Assembly (NCBI GenBank): GCA_009914755.4 | Contig: CP086569.2 | Coordinates: forward strand, 61,888,001-61,952,000 | From: the human T2T-CHM13v2.0 reference genome, Homo sapiens | Direction: 5' to 3' | Length of the DNA: 64,000 bases | In this document: in pieces, positions 13,981 through 28,019 of the stretch | Position numbering within the stretch: the first letter of the stretch is position 1 | Layout: every line of letters begins with the position of its first letter | Made by a program: the position numbers and the translations under genes | Notes under the pieces: generated by a model | Told to the model about the DNA's origin: nothing | Database searches by the model: none | Seen by the model: the letters and a program-made list of their open reading frames with translations, nothing else

Positions 13981-16900
13981 GAGAATCAAATGCAATTGAA
14001 TCGAATGGAATCGAATGGATTGGAAAGGAATAGAATGGAATGGAATGGAATTGACTCCAATGGAATGGACTAGAACGGAATGGAGTCGAATGGAAGGCAA
14101 AGGAATGGAATCTATTGGAATGGACTGTAATGGAATGGCATGGAAGGGATTGGAATGGACTCGAATGGAAAGGACTGCAATAGAAAGGATTCTAATGGAA
14201 TGAAAAAGAATTGAATGGAATAGAACAGAATGGAATCAAATCGAATGAAATGGAATGGAATAGAAAGGAATGGAATGAAATGGAATGGAAAGGATTCAAA
14301 TGGAATGCGATCAAATGGAATGCAATCGAATGGAATGGAATCGAACGGAATGGAATAAAATGGAAGGAAACTGGCAAGAAATGGAATCGAAATGAATGGA
14401 GGGTTATGGAACGGACTCCAAAGGAATTGAATGTAATAGAATGGAGTGGAGTGGACTCGAATATAATGGACTGGAATGGAATGGAATCACATGGAATGGG
14501 AACGAATGGAATGGAATGGAAAGGAATGGAATCGAATGGAAAGGAATCAAATGGAAGGGAATGAAATTGAATCAACAGGAATGGAAGGGAATAGAATAGA
14601 CTGTAATGGAATGGACTCGAATAGAATGGACACGAATGCTCAAATTGGATGGACTCGAATGGAATGGAAACGAAAGGAATGTCATCGAATGGAATTGAAT
14701 CGATTGGAATGAAATGGCATAGAATGGAGTGGAATCAAATGGAATTGAATCGAAAGGAAAGGAAGCAAATGGACTGAAATGAAATGGAATGGAATTGAAT
14801 GGAAAGTAATGCAATGGAATAGAATGGAACGAAATTTCACGGAATGGAATCAAACAGAATGGAATCAAATCAATGGAATATAATCAAATGGAATGGAATG
14901 GAATGGAAAGGAATTGAATGGAATAGATTGGATAGGAAGGGATTGGAATGCAATGGAATGGAAAGGACTCGAATTTCATGAAACGGAATGGAATGAATTG
15001 GAATGGAATGGACTCGAATGGAATGGAATGTCATGGAATGGCATCAAATGGAATGGAATCAAATGGAATGGCATCGAATGCAATGGAATGTTATGGAATG
15101 GAATGGAATGTATTGGAATGGAATGTCCTCTAATGGAATGGATTCGAGTGGAATGGAATCGAATATAATGGAGTCGAATGAAATGGAATTGAAAGGAATG
15201 GGATCGAATAGAATGGAATATACTGGAATGTAATGTAATGAAGTCGAATGTAATTGACTGGAATGGAATGTACATGAATGGAATGTAATCGAATGGAAAG
15301 TAATCCAATGAAATAGAATCTAATGCAATAAAACCGACTCAAATGGAATAGAATGTAATGGAATGGAGTGCAGTGCAATGGAATGGAATGGAATGGAATG
15401 CAATGGAGTGGAATGGAATGGAATGGGATGGAATGGTATGGAATGGATAGTAAAGGACTGGAGTGAAATGGACTGTAAAGGAATGGACTCCAATTGAAAG
15501 GGCTCGAAAGGAATGGAGTCAAATGGAATGGTCTGGAATGGAATGAACTCGAATGTAATGCAATCCAATAGAATGGAATCGAATGGAATGGAATATAAAG
15601 AAATGGAATCGACGAGAATGGAAACAGATGGAATGGAATTGAAAGGAATGGAATTGAATGGAATGGGCACGAATGGAATGAAATTGTATGGAATAGAAGA
15701 GAATAGAATGGAATGCAATGGATAAGAAAGGAATGGATTGGAATGGAAGGGAATGTAGTGTAATGGACTGGCATGGAATAAACTGGAATGCTACGGTCTC
15801 AAATGGAATAAAAATGTATGGAATGGAATGCCATGAAACGGAATCGAATGTCATAGAATGTAATGGAATGCAAAGAAATGGACTCCAAAATCATTGACTG
15901 GAAAGGCTGGGTGTCGAAAGGAATTGACTCCAATGGAATGGAATCGAATGGAATGGAAGTGAATAGAATCGAACTAAATCGAATGGAATGGAATTGATAG
16001 GAACGGAATGGAAAGGAATGGAATGATTTGGCATGGAATGGAATCGAATGGACTCGAATGGAATGGAATGGAATGCAATGGAATGGAATGTATTAGAATG
16101 TAGTGAACTTTAATGGAATGAACTCGAATGGATTCGACTGGAATGGAATGTTCTGGAAGTGAATGGACTGCAATGGAATGGATTCAAAAGGAATGGAATC
16201 GAAGGGAATGGAATCTAATGGAATGGAATTAAATGGAAAGGAATCAAATCGAATAGCAGGGAATTGAACTGAATGGAATCGAATGCAATGGAATCTAATG
16301 AAACGGAAAGGAAAGGAATGGAATGGCATGGAATGGGCTGGAATGGAATGGAATCGAAACGAATGGAATGGAATCGAACTGAAGAGACTGGAATGAAATG
16401 CACTGGCATGGAAGGGATTTTAATGGAACGTTCTTGAAAAGACTGGAATCGAATGGAATGGAATTGAATGGAACGGATATAGAGTCAAATGGAATTGAAT
16501 GGAATGGAATGGAGTAGAGTGAAATGGAATCGAGTCACTAGGAATGGACAGGAATAGAACGGTCTCGAATTGAATGGAATCGTATGGAATGGAATTCAAC
16601 GGAATGGAATGGACAGCCACGGAATGGAATGCACTCGAATGCAATGGACTCGAAACTAATGGACTGGAATCGAATGGAATGGAATCGAACGGAATGGACT
16701 CGAAGTGAAAAGAGTGCAATGGAAAGGTCTCGAATGGAATGGAAATTAATGGAATGGAATGGAATCGAATGAAATGGAGTCAAAAGGAATGGAATCGAAT
16801 GGCAAGAAATCGAATGTAATGGAATCACAAGGAATGGATGTGAACGGAACGGAATGGAATGGAATCAAAAGGAATGGAATCGAATGGAATGGACTCGAAT

Positions 16901-17475
16901 GGAAATGACTCGAATAGAATGGAATTCAACAAAATAGAATCAAATGTAATGGAATGGAATGGAAAGGAATCGAAACGAAAGGAATGGAGACAGATGGAAT
17001 GGAATGGAACAGAGAGCAATGGTATAGAATGGAATGGAATCATATGGAATGGAATTGAATGGAATGGAATAATATGAAATGGAATGGAAAGGAATGGAAT
17101 GCACTTGAATTAAATGGACTGGAATGGAATGGACTCGAACGGAGTGGAATGGAAAGGATTGAAATAGAATGGAATGGACTCCTTTGGAATGGTCTAGTAT
17201 GCAATGCAAACGACTGGCAGGGAATCAAAAGGAATGTAATCGAATGGATTGGACTGGAATACAATGGACTCGAATACATTGGAAACGGAATGCAATGGAA
17301 TGGAATGGAATAGTATGGAATGGAACGGAAAGGAATGAAGTAGAATGGACTAGAGTGGAATGGAATGGACTCGAAAGCAATGGACTGGAATGGAACGATC
17401 TTGAATGGACCGGAATCAAACGGAACGGAATGCAATGCAAGGCAATCAAATGGAATGGAATAAAAGAGAATGAAA
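13981..17475 (+). repeat. HOR copy 5 (3495 bp)
   Basis: The ORF set is identical at a +3495 offset. Confidence 0.9.
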
Positions 17476-20400
17476 GAGAATCAAATGCAATTGAATCGAA
17501 TGGAATCGAATGGATTGGAAAGGAATAGAATGGAATGGAATGGAATTGACTCCAATGGAATGGACTAGAACGGAATGGAGTCGAATGGAAGGCAAAGGAA
17601 TGGAATCTATTGGAATGGACTGTAATGGAATGGCATGGAAGGGATTGGAATGGACTCGAATGGAAAGGACTGCAATAGAAAGGATTCTAATGGAATGAAA
17701 AAGAATTGAATGGAATAGAACAGAATGGAATCAAATCGAATGAAATGGAATGGAATAGAAAGGAATGGAATGAAATGGAATGGAAAGGATTCAAATGGAA
17801 TGCGATCAAATGGAATGCAATCGAATGGAATGGAATCGAACGGAATGGAATAAAATGGAAGGAAACTGGCAAGAAATGGAATCGAAATGAATGGAGGGTT
17901 ATGGAACGGACTCCAAAGGAATTGAATGTAATAGAATGGAGTGGAGTGGACTCGAATATAATGGACTGGAATGGAATGGAATCACATGGAATGGGAACGA
18001 ATGGAATGGAATGGAAAGGAATGGAATCGAATGGAAAGGAATCAAATGGAAGGGAATGAAATTGAATCAACAGGAATGGAAGGGAATAGAATAGACTGTA
18101 ATGGAATGGACTCGAATAGAATGGACACGAATGCTCAAATTGGATGGACTCGAATGGAATGGAAACGAAAGGAATGTCATCGAATGGAATTGAATCGATT
18201 GGAATGAAATGGCATAGAATGGAGTGGAATCAAATGGAATTGAATCGAAAGGAAAGGAAGCGAATGGACTGAAATGAAATGGAATGGAATTGAATGGAAA
18301 GTAATGCAATGGAATAGAATGGAACGAAATTTCACGGAATGGAATCAAACAGAATGGAATCAAATCAATGGAATATAATCAAATGGAATGGAATGGAATG
18401 GAAAGGAATTGAATGGAATAGATTGGATAGGAAGGGATTGGAATGCAATGGAATGGAAAGGACTCGAATTTCATGAAACGGAATGGAATGAATTGGAATG
18501 GAATGGACTCGAATGGAATGGAATGTCATGGAATGGCATCAAATGGAATGGAATCAAATGGAATGGCATCGAATGCAATGGAATGTTATGGAATGGAATG
18601 GAATGTATTGGAATGGAATGTCCTCTAATGGAATGGATTCGAGTGGAATGGAATCGAATATAATGGAGTCGAATGAAATGGAATTGAAAGGAATGGGATC
18701 GAATAGAATGGAATATACTGGAATGTAATGTAATGAAGTCGAATGTAATTGACTGGAATGGAATGTACATGAATGGAATGTAATCGAATGGAAAGTAATC
18801 CAATGAAATAGAATCTAATGCAATAAAACCGACTCAAATGGAATAGAATGTAATGGAATGGAGTGCAGTGCAATGGAATGGAATGGAATGGAATGCAATG
18901 GAGTGGAATGGAATGGAATGGGATGGAATGGTATGGAATGGATAGTAAAGGACTGGAGTGAAATGGACTGTAAAGGAATGGACTCCAATTGAAAGGGCTC
19001 GAAAGGAATGGAGTCAAATGGAATGGTCTGGAATGGAATGAACTCGAATGTAATGCAATCCAATAGAATGGAATCGAATGGAATGGAATATAAAGAAATG
19101 GAATCGACGAGAATGGAAACAGATGGAATGGAATTGAAAGGAATGGAATTGAATGGAATGGGCACGAATGGAATGAAATTGTATGGAATAGAAGAGAATA
19201 GAATGGAATGCAATGGATAAGAAAGGAATGGATTGGAATGGAAGGGAATGTAGTGTAATGGACTGGCATGGAATAAACTGGAATGCTACGGTCTCAAATG
19301 GAATAAAAATGTATGGAATGGAATGCCATGAAACGGAATCGAATGTCATAGAATGTAATGGAATGCAAAGAAATGGACTCCAAAATCATTGACTGAAAAG
19401 GCTGGGTGTCGAAAGGAATTGACTCCAATGGAATGGAATCGAATGGAATGGAAGTGAATAGAATCGAACTAAATCGAATGGAATGGAATTGATAGGAACG
19501 GAATGGAAAGGAATGGAATGATTTGGCATGGAATGGAATCGAATGGACTCGAATGGAATGGAATGGAATGCAATGGAATGGAATGTATTAGAATGTAGTG
19601 AACTTTAATGGAATGAACTCGAATGGATTCGACTGGAATGGAATGTTCTGGAAGTGAATGGACTGCAATGGAATGGATTCAAAAGGAATGGAATCGAAGG
19701 GAATGGAATCTAATGGAATGGAATTAAATGGAAAGGAATCAAATCGAATAGCAGGGAATTGAACTGAATGGAATCGAATGCAATGGAATCTAATGAAACG
19801 GAAAGGAAAGGAATGGAATGGCATGGAATGGGCTGGAATGGAATGGAATCGAAACGAATGGAATGGAATCGAACTGAAGAGACTGGAATGAAATGCACTG
19901 GCATGGAAGGGATTTTAATGGAACGTTCTTGAAAAGACTGGAATCGAATGGAATGGAATTGAATGGAACGGATATAGAGTCAAATGGAATTGAATGGAAT
20001 GGAATGGAGTAGAGTGAAATGGAATCGAGTCACTAGGAATGGACAGGAATAGAACGGTCTCGAATTGAATGGAATCGTATGGAATGGAATTCAACGGAAT
20101 GGAATGGACAGCCACGGAATGGAATGCACTCGAATGCAATGGACTCGAAACTAATGGACTGGAATCGAATGGAATGGAATCGAACGGAATGGACTCGAAG
20201 TGAAAAGAGTGCAATGGAAAGGTCTCGAATGGAATGGAAATTAATGGAATGGAATGGAATCGAATGAAATGGAGTCAAAAGGAATGGAATCGAATGGCAA
20301 GAAATCGAATGTAATGGAATCACAAGGAATGGATGTGAACGGAACGGAATGGAATGGAATCAAAAGGAATGGAATCGAATGGAATGGACTCGAATGGAAA

Positions 20401-20970
20401 TGACTCGAATAGAATGGAATTCAACAAAATAGAATCAAATGTAATGGAATGGAATGGAAAGGAATCGAAACGAAAGGAATGGAGACAGATGGAATGGAAT
20501 GGAACAGAGAGCAATGGTATAGAATGGAATGGAATCATATGGAATGGAATTGAATGGAATGGAATAATATGAAATGGAATGGAAAGGAATGGAATGCACT
20601 TGAATTAAATGGACTGGAATGGAATGGACTCGAACGGAGTGGAATGGAAAGGATTGAAATAGAATGGAATGGACTCCTTTGGAATGGTCTAGTATGCAAT
20701 GCAAACGACTGGCAGGGAATCAAAAGGAATGTAATCGAATGGATTGGACTGGAATACAATGGACTCGAATACATTGGAAACGGAATGCAATGGAATGGAA
20801 TGGAATAGTATGGAATGGAACGGAAAGGAATGAAGTAGAATGGACTAGAGTGGAATGGAATGGACTCGAAAGCAATGGACTGGAATGGAACGATCTTGAA
20901 TGGACCGGAATCAAACGGAACGGAATGCAATGCAAGGCAATCAAATGGAATGGAATAAAAGAGAATGAAA
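17476..20970 (+). repeat. HOR copy 6 (3495 bp)
   Basis: The ORF set is identical at a +3495 offset. A private SNP, gactgaaaagg, sits at ~19395. Confidence 0.9.
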
Positions 20971-23900
20971 GAGAATCAAATGCAATTGAATCGAATGGAA
21001 TCGAATGGATTGGAAAGGAATAGAATGGAATGGAATGGAATTGACTCCAATGGAATGGACTAGAACGGAATGGAGTCGAATGGAAGGCAAAGGAATGGAA
21101 TCTATTGGAATGGACTGTAATGGAATGGCATGGAAGGGATTGGAATGGACTCGAATGGAAAGGACTACAATAGAAAGGATTCTAATGGAATGAAAAAGAA
21201 TTGAATGGAATAGAACAGAATGGAATCAAATCGAATGAAATGGAATGGAATAGAAAGGAATGGAATGAAATGGAATGGAAAGGATTCAAATGGAATGCGA
21301 TCAAATGGAATGCAATCGAATGGAATGGAATCGAACGGAATGGAATAAAATGGAAGGAAACTGGCAAGAAATGGAATCGAAATGAATGGAGGGTTATGGA
21401 ACGGACTCCAAAGGAATTGAATGTAATAGAATGGAGTGGAGTGGACTCGAATATAATGGACTGGAATGGAATGGAATCACATGGAATGGGAACGAATGGA
21501 ATGGAATGGAAAGGAATGGAATCGAATGGAAAGGAATCAAATGGAAGGGAATGAAATTGAATCAACAGGAATGGAAGGGAATAGAATAGACTGTAATGGA
21601 ATGGACTCGAATAGAATGGACACGAATGCTCAAATTGGATGGACTCGAATGGAATGGAAACGAAAGGAATGTCATCGAATGGAATTGAATCGATTGGAAT
21701 GAAATGGCATAGAATGGAGTGGAATCAAATGGAATTGAATCGAAAGGAAAGGAAGCGAATGGACTGAAATGAAATGGAATGGAATTGAATGGAAAGTAAT
21801 GCAATGGAATAGAATGGAACGAAATTTCACGGAATGGAATCAAACAGAATGGAATCAAATCAATGGAATATAATCAAATGGAATGGAATGGAATGGAAAG
21901 GAATTGAATGGAATAGATTGGATAGGAAGGGATTGGAATGCAATGGAATGGAAAGGACTCGAATTTCATGAAACGGAATGGAATGAATTGGAATGGAATG
22001 GACTCGAATGGAATGGAATGTCATGGAATGGCATCAAATGGAATGGAATCAAATGGAATGGCATCGAATGCAATGGAATGTTATGGAATGGAATGGAATG
22101 TATTGGAATGGAATGTCCTCTAATGGAATGGATTCGAGTGGAATGGAATCGAATATAATGGAGTCGAATGAAATGGAATTGAAAGGAATGGGATCGAATA
22201 GAATGGAATATACTGGAATGTAATGTAATGAAGTCGAATGTAATTGACTGGAATGGAATGTACATGAATGGAATGTAATCGAATGGAAAGTAATCCAATG
22301 AAATAGAATCTAATGCAATAAAACCGACTCAAATGGAATAGAATGTAATGGAATGGAGTGCAGTGCAATGGAATGGAATGGAATGGAATGCAATGGAGTG
22401 GAATGGAATGGAATGGGATGGAATGGTATGGAATGGATAGTAAAGGACTGGAGTGAAATGGACTGTAAAGGAATGGACTCCAATTGAAAGGGCTCGAAAG
22501 GAATGGAGTCAAATGGAATGGTCTGGAATGGAATGAACTCGAATGTAATGCAATCCAATAGAATGGAATCGAATGGAATGGAATATAAAGAAATGGAATC
22601 GACGAGAATGGAAACAGATGGAATGGAATTGAAAGGAATGGAATTGAATGGAATGGGCACGAATGGAATGAAATTGTATGGAATAGAAGAGAATAGAATG
22701 GAATGCAATGGATAAGAAAGGAATGGATTGGAATGGAAGGGAATGTAGTGTAATGGACTGGCATGGAATAAACTGGAATGCTACGGTCTCAAATGGAATA
22801 AAAATGTATGGAATGGAATGCCATGAAACGGAATCGAATGTCATAGAATGTAATGGAATGCAAAGAAATGGACTCCAAAATCATTGACTGGAAAGGCTGG
22901 GTGTCGAAAGGAATTGACTCCAATGGAATGGAATCGAATGGAATGGAAGTGAATAGAATCGAACTAAATCGAATGGAATGGAATTGATAGGAACGGAATG
23001 GAAAGGAATGGAATGATTTGGCATGGAATGGAATCGAATGGACTCGAATGGAATGGAATGGAATGCAATGGAATGGAATGTATTAGAATGTAGTGAACTT
23101 TAATGGAATGAACTCGAATGGATTCGACTGGAATGGAATGTTCTGGAAGTGAATGGACTGCAATGGAATGGATTCAAAAGGAATGGAATCGAAGGGAATG
23201 GAATCTAATGGAATGGAATTAAATGGAAAGGAATCAAATCGAATAGCAGGGAATTGAACTGAATGGAATCGAATGCAATGGAATCTAATGAAACGGAAAG
23301 GAAAGGAATGGAATGGCATGGAATGGGCTGGAATGGAATGGAATCGAAACGAATGGAATGGAATCGAACTGAAGAGACTGGAATGAAATGCACTGGCATG
23401 GAAGGGATTTTAATGGAACGTTCTTGAAAAGACTGGAATCGAATGGAATGGAATTGAATGGAACGGATATAGAGTCAAATGGAATTGAATGGAATGGAAT
23501 GGAGTAGAGTGAAATGGAATCGAGTCACTAGGAATGGACAGGAATAGAACGGTCTCGAATTGAATGGAATCGTATGGAATGGAATTCAACGGAATGGAAT
23601 GGACAGCCACGGAATGGAATGCACTCGAATGCAATGGACTCGAAACTAATGGACTGGAATCGAATGGAATGGAATCGAACGGAATGGACTCGAAGTGAAA
23701 AGAGTGCAATGGAAAGGTCTCGAATGGAATGGAAATTAATGGAATGGAATGGAATCGAATGAAATGGAGTCAAAAGGAATGGAATCGAATGGCAAGAAAT
23801 CGAATGTAATGGAATCACAAGGAATGGATGTGAACGGAACGGAATGGAATGGAATCAAAAGGAATGGAATCGAATGGAATGGACTCGAATGGAAATGACT

Positions 23901-24465
23901 CGAATAGAATGGAATTCAACAAAATAGAATCAAATGTAATGGAATGGAATGGAAAGGAATCGAAACGAAAGGAATGGAGACAGATGGAATGGAATGGAAC
24001 AGAGAGCAATGGTATAGAATGGAATGGAATCATATGGAATGGAATTGAATGGAATGGAATAATATGAAATGGAATGGAAAGGAATGGAATGCACTTGAAT
24101 TAAATGGACTGGAATGGAATGGACTCGAACGGAGTGGAATGGAAAGGATTGAAATAGAATGGAATGGACTCCTTTGGAATGGTCTAGTATGCAATGCAAA
24201 CGACTGGCAGGGAATCAAAAGGAATGTAATCGAATGGATTGGACTGGAATACAATGGACTCGAATACATTGGAAACGGAATGCAATGGAATGGAATGGAA
24301 TAGTATGGAATGGAACGGAAAGGAATGAAGTAGAATGGACTAGAGTGGAATGGAATGGACTCGAAAGCAATGGACTGGAATGGAACGATCTTGAATGGAC
24401 CGGAATCAAACGGAACGGAATGCAATGCAAGGCAATCAAATGGAATGGAATAAAAGAGAATGAAA
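20971..24465 (+). repeat. HOR copy 7 (3495 bp)
   Basis: The ORF set is identical at a +3495 offset. A private SNP, ggactacaatag, sits at ~21170. Confidence 0.9.
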
Positions 24466-27090
24466 GAGAATCAAATGCAATTGAATCGAATGGAATCGAA
24501 TGGATTGGAAAGGAATAGAATGGAATGGAATGGAATTGACTCCAATGGAATGGACTAGAACGGAATGGAGTCGAATGGAAGGCAAAGGAATGGAATCTAT
24601 TGGAATGGACTGTAATGGAATGGCATGGAAGGGATTGGAATGGACTCGAATGGAAAGGACTGCAATAGAAAGGATTCTAATGGAATGAAAAAGAATTGAA
24701 TGGAATAGAACAGAATGGAATCAAATCGAATGAAATGGAATGGAATAGAAAGGAATGGAATGAAATGGAATGGAAAGGATTCAAATGGAATGCGATCAAA
24801 TGGAATGCAATCGAATGGAATGGAATCGAACGGAATGGAATAAAATGGAAGGAAACTGGCAAGAAATGGAATCGAAATGAATGGAGGGTTATGGAACGGA
24901 CTCCAAAGGAATTGAATGTAATAGAATGGAGTGGAGTGGACTCGAATATAATGGACTGGAATGGAATGGAATCACATGGAATGGGAACGAATGGAATGGA
25001 ATGGAAAGGAATGGAATCGAATGGAAAGGAATCAAATGGAAGGGAATGAAATTGAATCAACAGGAATGGAAGGGAATAGAATAGACTGTAATGGAATGGA
25101 CTCGAATAGAATGGACACGAATGCTCAAATTGGATGGACTCGAATGGAATGGAAACGAAAGGAATGTCATCGAATGGAATTGAATCGATTGGAATGAAAT
25201 GGCATAGAATGGAGTGGAATCAAATGGAATTGAATCGAAAGGAAAGGAAGCAAATGGACTGAAATGAAATGGAATGGAATTGAATGGAAAGTAATGCAAT
25301 GGAATAGAATGGAACGAAATTTCACGGAATGGAATCAAACAGAATGGAATCAAATCAATGGAATATAATCAAATGGAATGGAATGGAATGGAAAGGAATT
25401 GAATGGAATAGATTGGATAGGAAGGGATTGGAATGCAATGGAATGGAAAGGACTCGAATTTCATGAAACGGAATGGAATGAATTGGAATGGAATGGACTC
25501 GAATGGAATGGAATGTCATGGAATGGCATCAAATGGAATGGAATCAAATGGAATGGCATCGAATGCAATGGAATGTTATGGAATGGAATGGAATGTATTG
25601 GAATGGAATGTCCTCTAATGGAATGGATTCGAGTGGAATGGAATCGAATATAATGGAGTCGAATGAAATGGAATTGAAAGGAATGGGATCGAATAGAATG
25701 GAATATACTGGAATGTAATGTAATGAAGTCGAATGTAATTGACTGGAATGGAATGTACATGAATGGAATGTAATCGAATGGAAAGTAATCCAATGAAATA
25801 GAATCTAATGCAATAAAACCGACTCAAATGGAATAGAATGTAATGGAATGGAGTGCAGTGCAATGGAATGGAATGGAATGGAATGCAATGGAGTGGAATG
25901 GAATGGAATGGGATGGAATGGTATGGAATGGATAGTAAAGGACTGGAGTGAAATGGACTGTAAAGGAATGGACTCCAATTGAAAGGGCTCGAAAGGAATG
26001 GAGTCAAATGGAATGGCCTGGAATGGAATGAACTCGAATGTAAGGCAATCCAATAGAATGGAATCGAATGGAATGGAGTATAAAGAAATGGAATCGACGA
26101 GAATGGAAACAGATGGAATGGAATTGAAAGGAATGGAATTGAATGGAATGGGCACGAATGGAATGAAATTGTATGGAATAGAAGAGAATAGAATGGAATG
26201 CAATGGATAAGAAAGGAATGGATTGGAATGGAAGGGAATGTAGTGTAATGGACTGGCATGGAATAAACTGGAATGCTACGGTCTCAAATGGAATAAAAAT
26301 GTATGGAATGGAATGCCATGAAACGGAATCGAATGTCATAGAATGTAATGGAATGCAAAGAAATGGACTCCAAAATCATTGACTGGAAAGGCTGGGTGTC
26401 GAAAGGAATTGACTCCAATAGAATGGAATCGAATGGAATGGAAGTGAATAGAATCGAACTAAATCGAATGGAATGGAATTGACAGGAACGGAATGGAAAG
26501 GAATGGAATGATTTGGCATGAAATGGAATCGAATGGACTCGAATGGAATTGAATGGAATGCAATGGAATGGAATGTATTAGAATGTAGAAACTTTAATGG
26601 AATGAACTCGAATGGATTCGACTGGAATGGAATGTTCTGGAAGTGAATGGACTCCAATGGAATGGAATCAAAATGAATGGAATCGAAGGGAATGGAATCT
26701 AATGGAATGGAATTAAATGGAAAGGAATCAAATCGAATAGCACGGAATTGAACTGAATGGAATCGAATGCAATGGAATCTAATGAAACGGAAAGGAAAGG
26801 AATGGAATGGCATGGAATGGGCTGGAATGGAATGGAATCGAAACGAATGGAATGGAATCGAACTGAAGAGACTGGAATGGAATGCACTGGCATGGAAGGG
26901 ATTTTAATGGAACGTTCTGGAAAAGACTGGAATCGAATGGAATGGAATTGAATGGAACGGATATAGAGTGAAATGGAATTGAATGGAATGGAATGGAGTA
27001 GAGTGAAATGGAATCGAGTCACTAGGAATGGACAGGAATAGAACGGTCTCGAATTGAATGGAATCGTATGGAATGGAATTCAACGGAATG

Positions 27091-27130
27091 GAATGGACAG
27101 CCACGGAATGGAATGGACAGCCACGGAATG
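27091..27130 (+). repeat. 20 bp tandem duplication (gaatggacagccacggaatg x2) private to HOR copy 8
   Basis: Every other copy has a single gaatggacagccacggaatg at the homologous position (e.g. 2621-2640). Copy 8 has it at 27091-27110 and again at 27111-27130. Confidence 0.9.
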
Positions 27131-27179
27131 GAATGCACTCGAATGCAATGGACTCGAAACTAATGGACTGGAATCGAAT

Positions 27180-27219
27180 GGACTCGACTGGTATGGACTC
27201 CAATGGAATGGAATCGAAT
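27180..27219 (+). other. 40 bp segment (actcgactggtatggactccaatggaatggaatcgaatgg) that is absent from domain-1 copies and present in all domain-2 copies: a domain-diagnostic indel
   Basis: Domain 1 reads ctggaatcgaatgg|aatggaatcgaacgg (e.g. 2690-2720). Copy 8 and copies 9-19 have the extra ggactcgactggta(c/t)ggactccaatgg segment (30661, 34141, 37641, 41161 ...). Confidence 0.85.
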
Positions 27220-28019
27220 GGAATGGAATCGAACAGAATGGACTCGAAGTGAAAAGAGTGCAATGGAAAGGTCTCGAATGGAATGGAAATTAATGGAATG
27301 GAATGGAATCGAATGAAATGGAGTCAAAAGGAATGGAATCGAATGGCAAGAAATCGAATGTAATGGAATCACAAGGAATGGATGTGAACGGAACGGAATG
27401 GAATGGAATCAAAAGGAATGGAATCGAATGGAATGGACTCGAATGGAAATGACTCGAATAGAATGGAATTCAACAAAATAGAATCAAATGTAATGGAATG
27501 GAATGGAAAGGAATCGAAACGAAAGGAATGGAGACAGATGGAATGGAATGGAACAGAGAGCAATGGTACATAATGGAATGGAATCATATGGAATGGAATT
27601 GAATGGAATGGAATAATATGAAATGGAATGGAAAGGAATGGAATGCACTTGAATTAAATGGACTTGAATGGAATGGACTCGAACGGAGTGGAATGGAAAG
27701 GATTGAAATAGAATGGAATGGACTCCTTTGGAATGGTCTAGTAGGCCATGCAAACGACTGTCAGGGAATCAAAAGGAATGTAATCGAATGGATTGGACTG
27801 CAATACAATGGACTCGAATACATTGGAAACGGAATGCAATGGAATGGAATGGAATAGTATGGAATGGAACGGAAAGGAATGAAGTAGAATGGACTAGAGT
27901 GGAAAGGAATGGACTCGAAAGCAATGGACTGGAATGGAACGATCTTGAATGGACCGGAATCAAACGGAACGGAATGCAATGCAAGGCAATCAAATGGAAT
28001 GGAATAAAAGAGAATGAAA

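Larger units (their letters stand above)
1..25990. repeat. Domain 1: highly homogenised HOR sub-array, 7 full copies plus the first 1525 bp of copy 8, period exactly 3495 bp
   Basis: Identical ORFs recur at offsets of exactly 3495 bp (35, 3530, 7025, 10520, 14015, 17510, 21005, 24500). The sequence at position 1 (gagaatcaaatgcaattgaatcg) recurs at 3496, 6991 and so on. Only isolated SNPs separate the copies. Confidence 0.95.
24466..28019 (+). repeat. HOR copy 8 (3554 bp): hybrid copy, domain-1 type up to ~25990 and then a divergent/intermediate type with a net +59 bp
   Basis: The first 1525 bp are identical to domain 1. After that come substitutions, a 20 bp tandem duplication (27111-27130), a 40 bp extra segment (27180-27219) and a 1 bp deletion (~26588). 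Confidence 0.85.
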
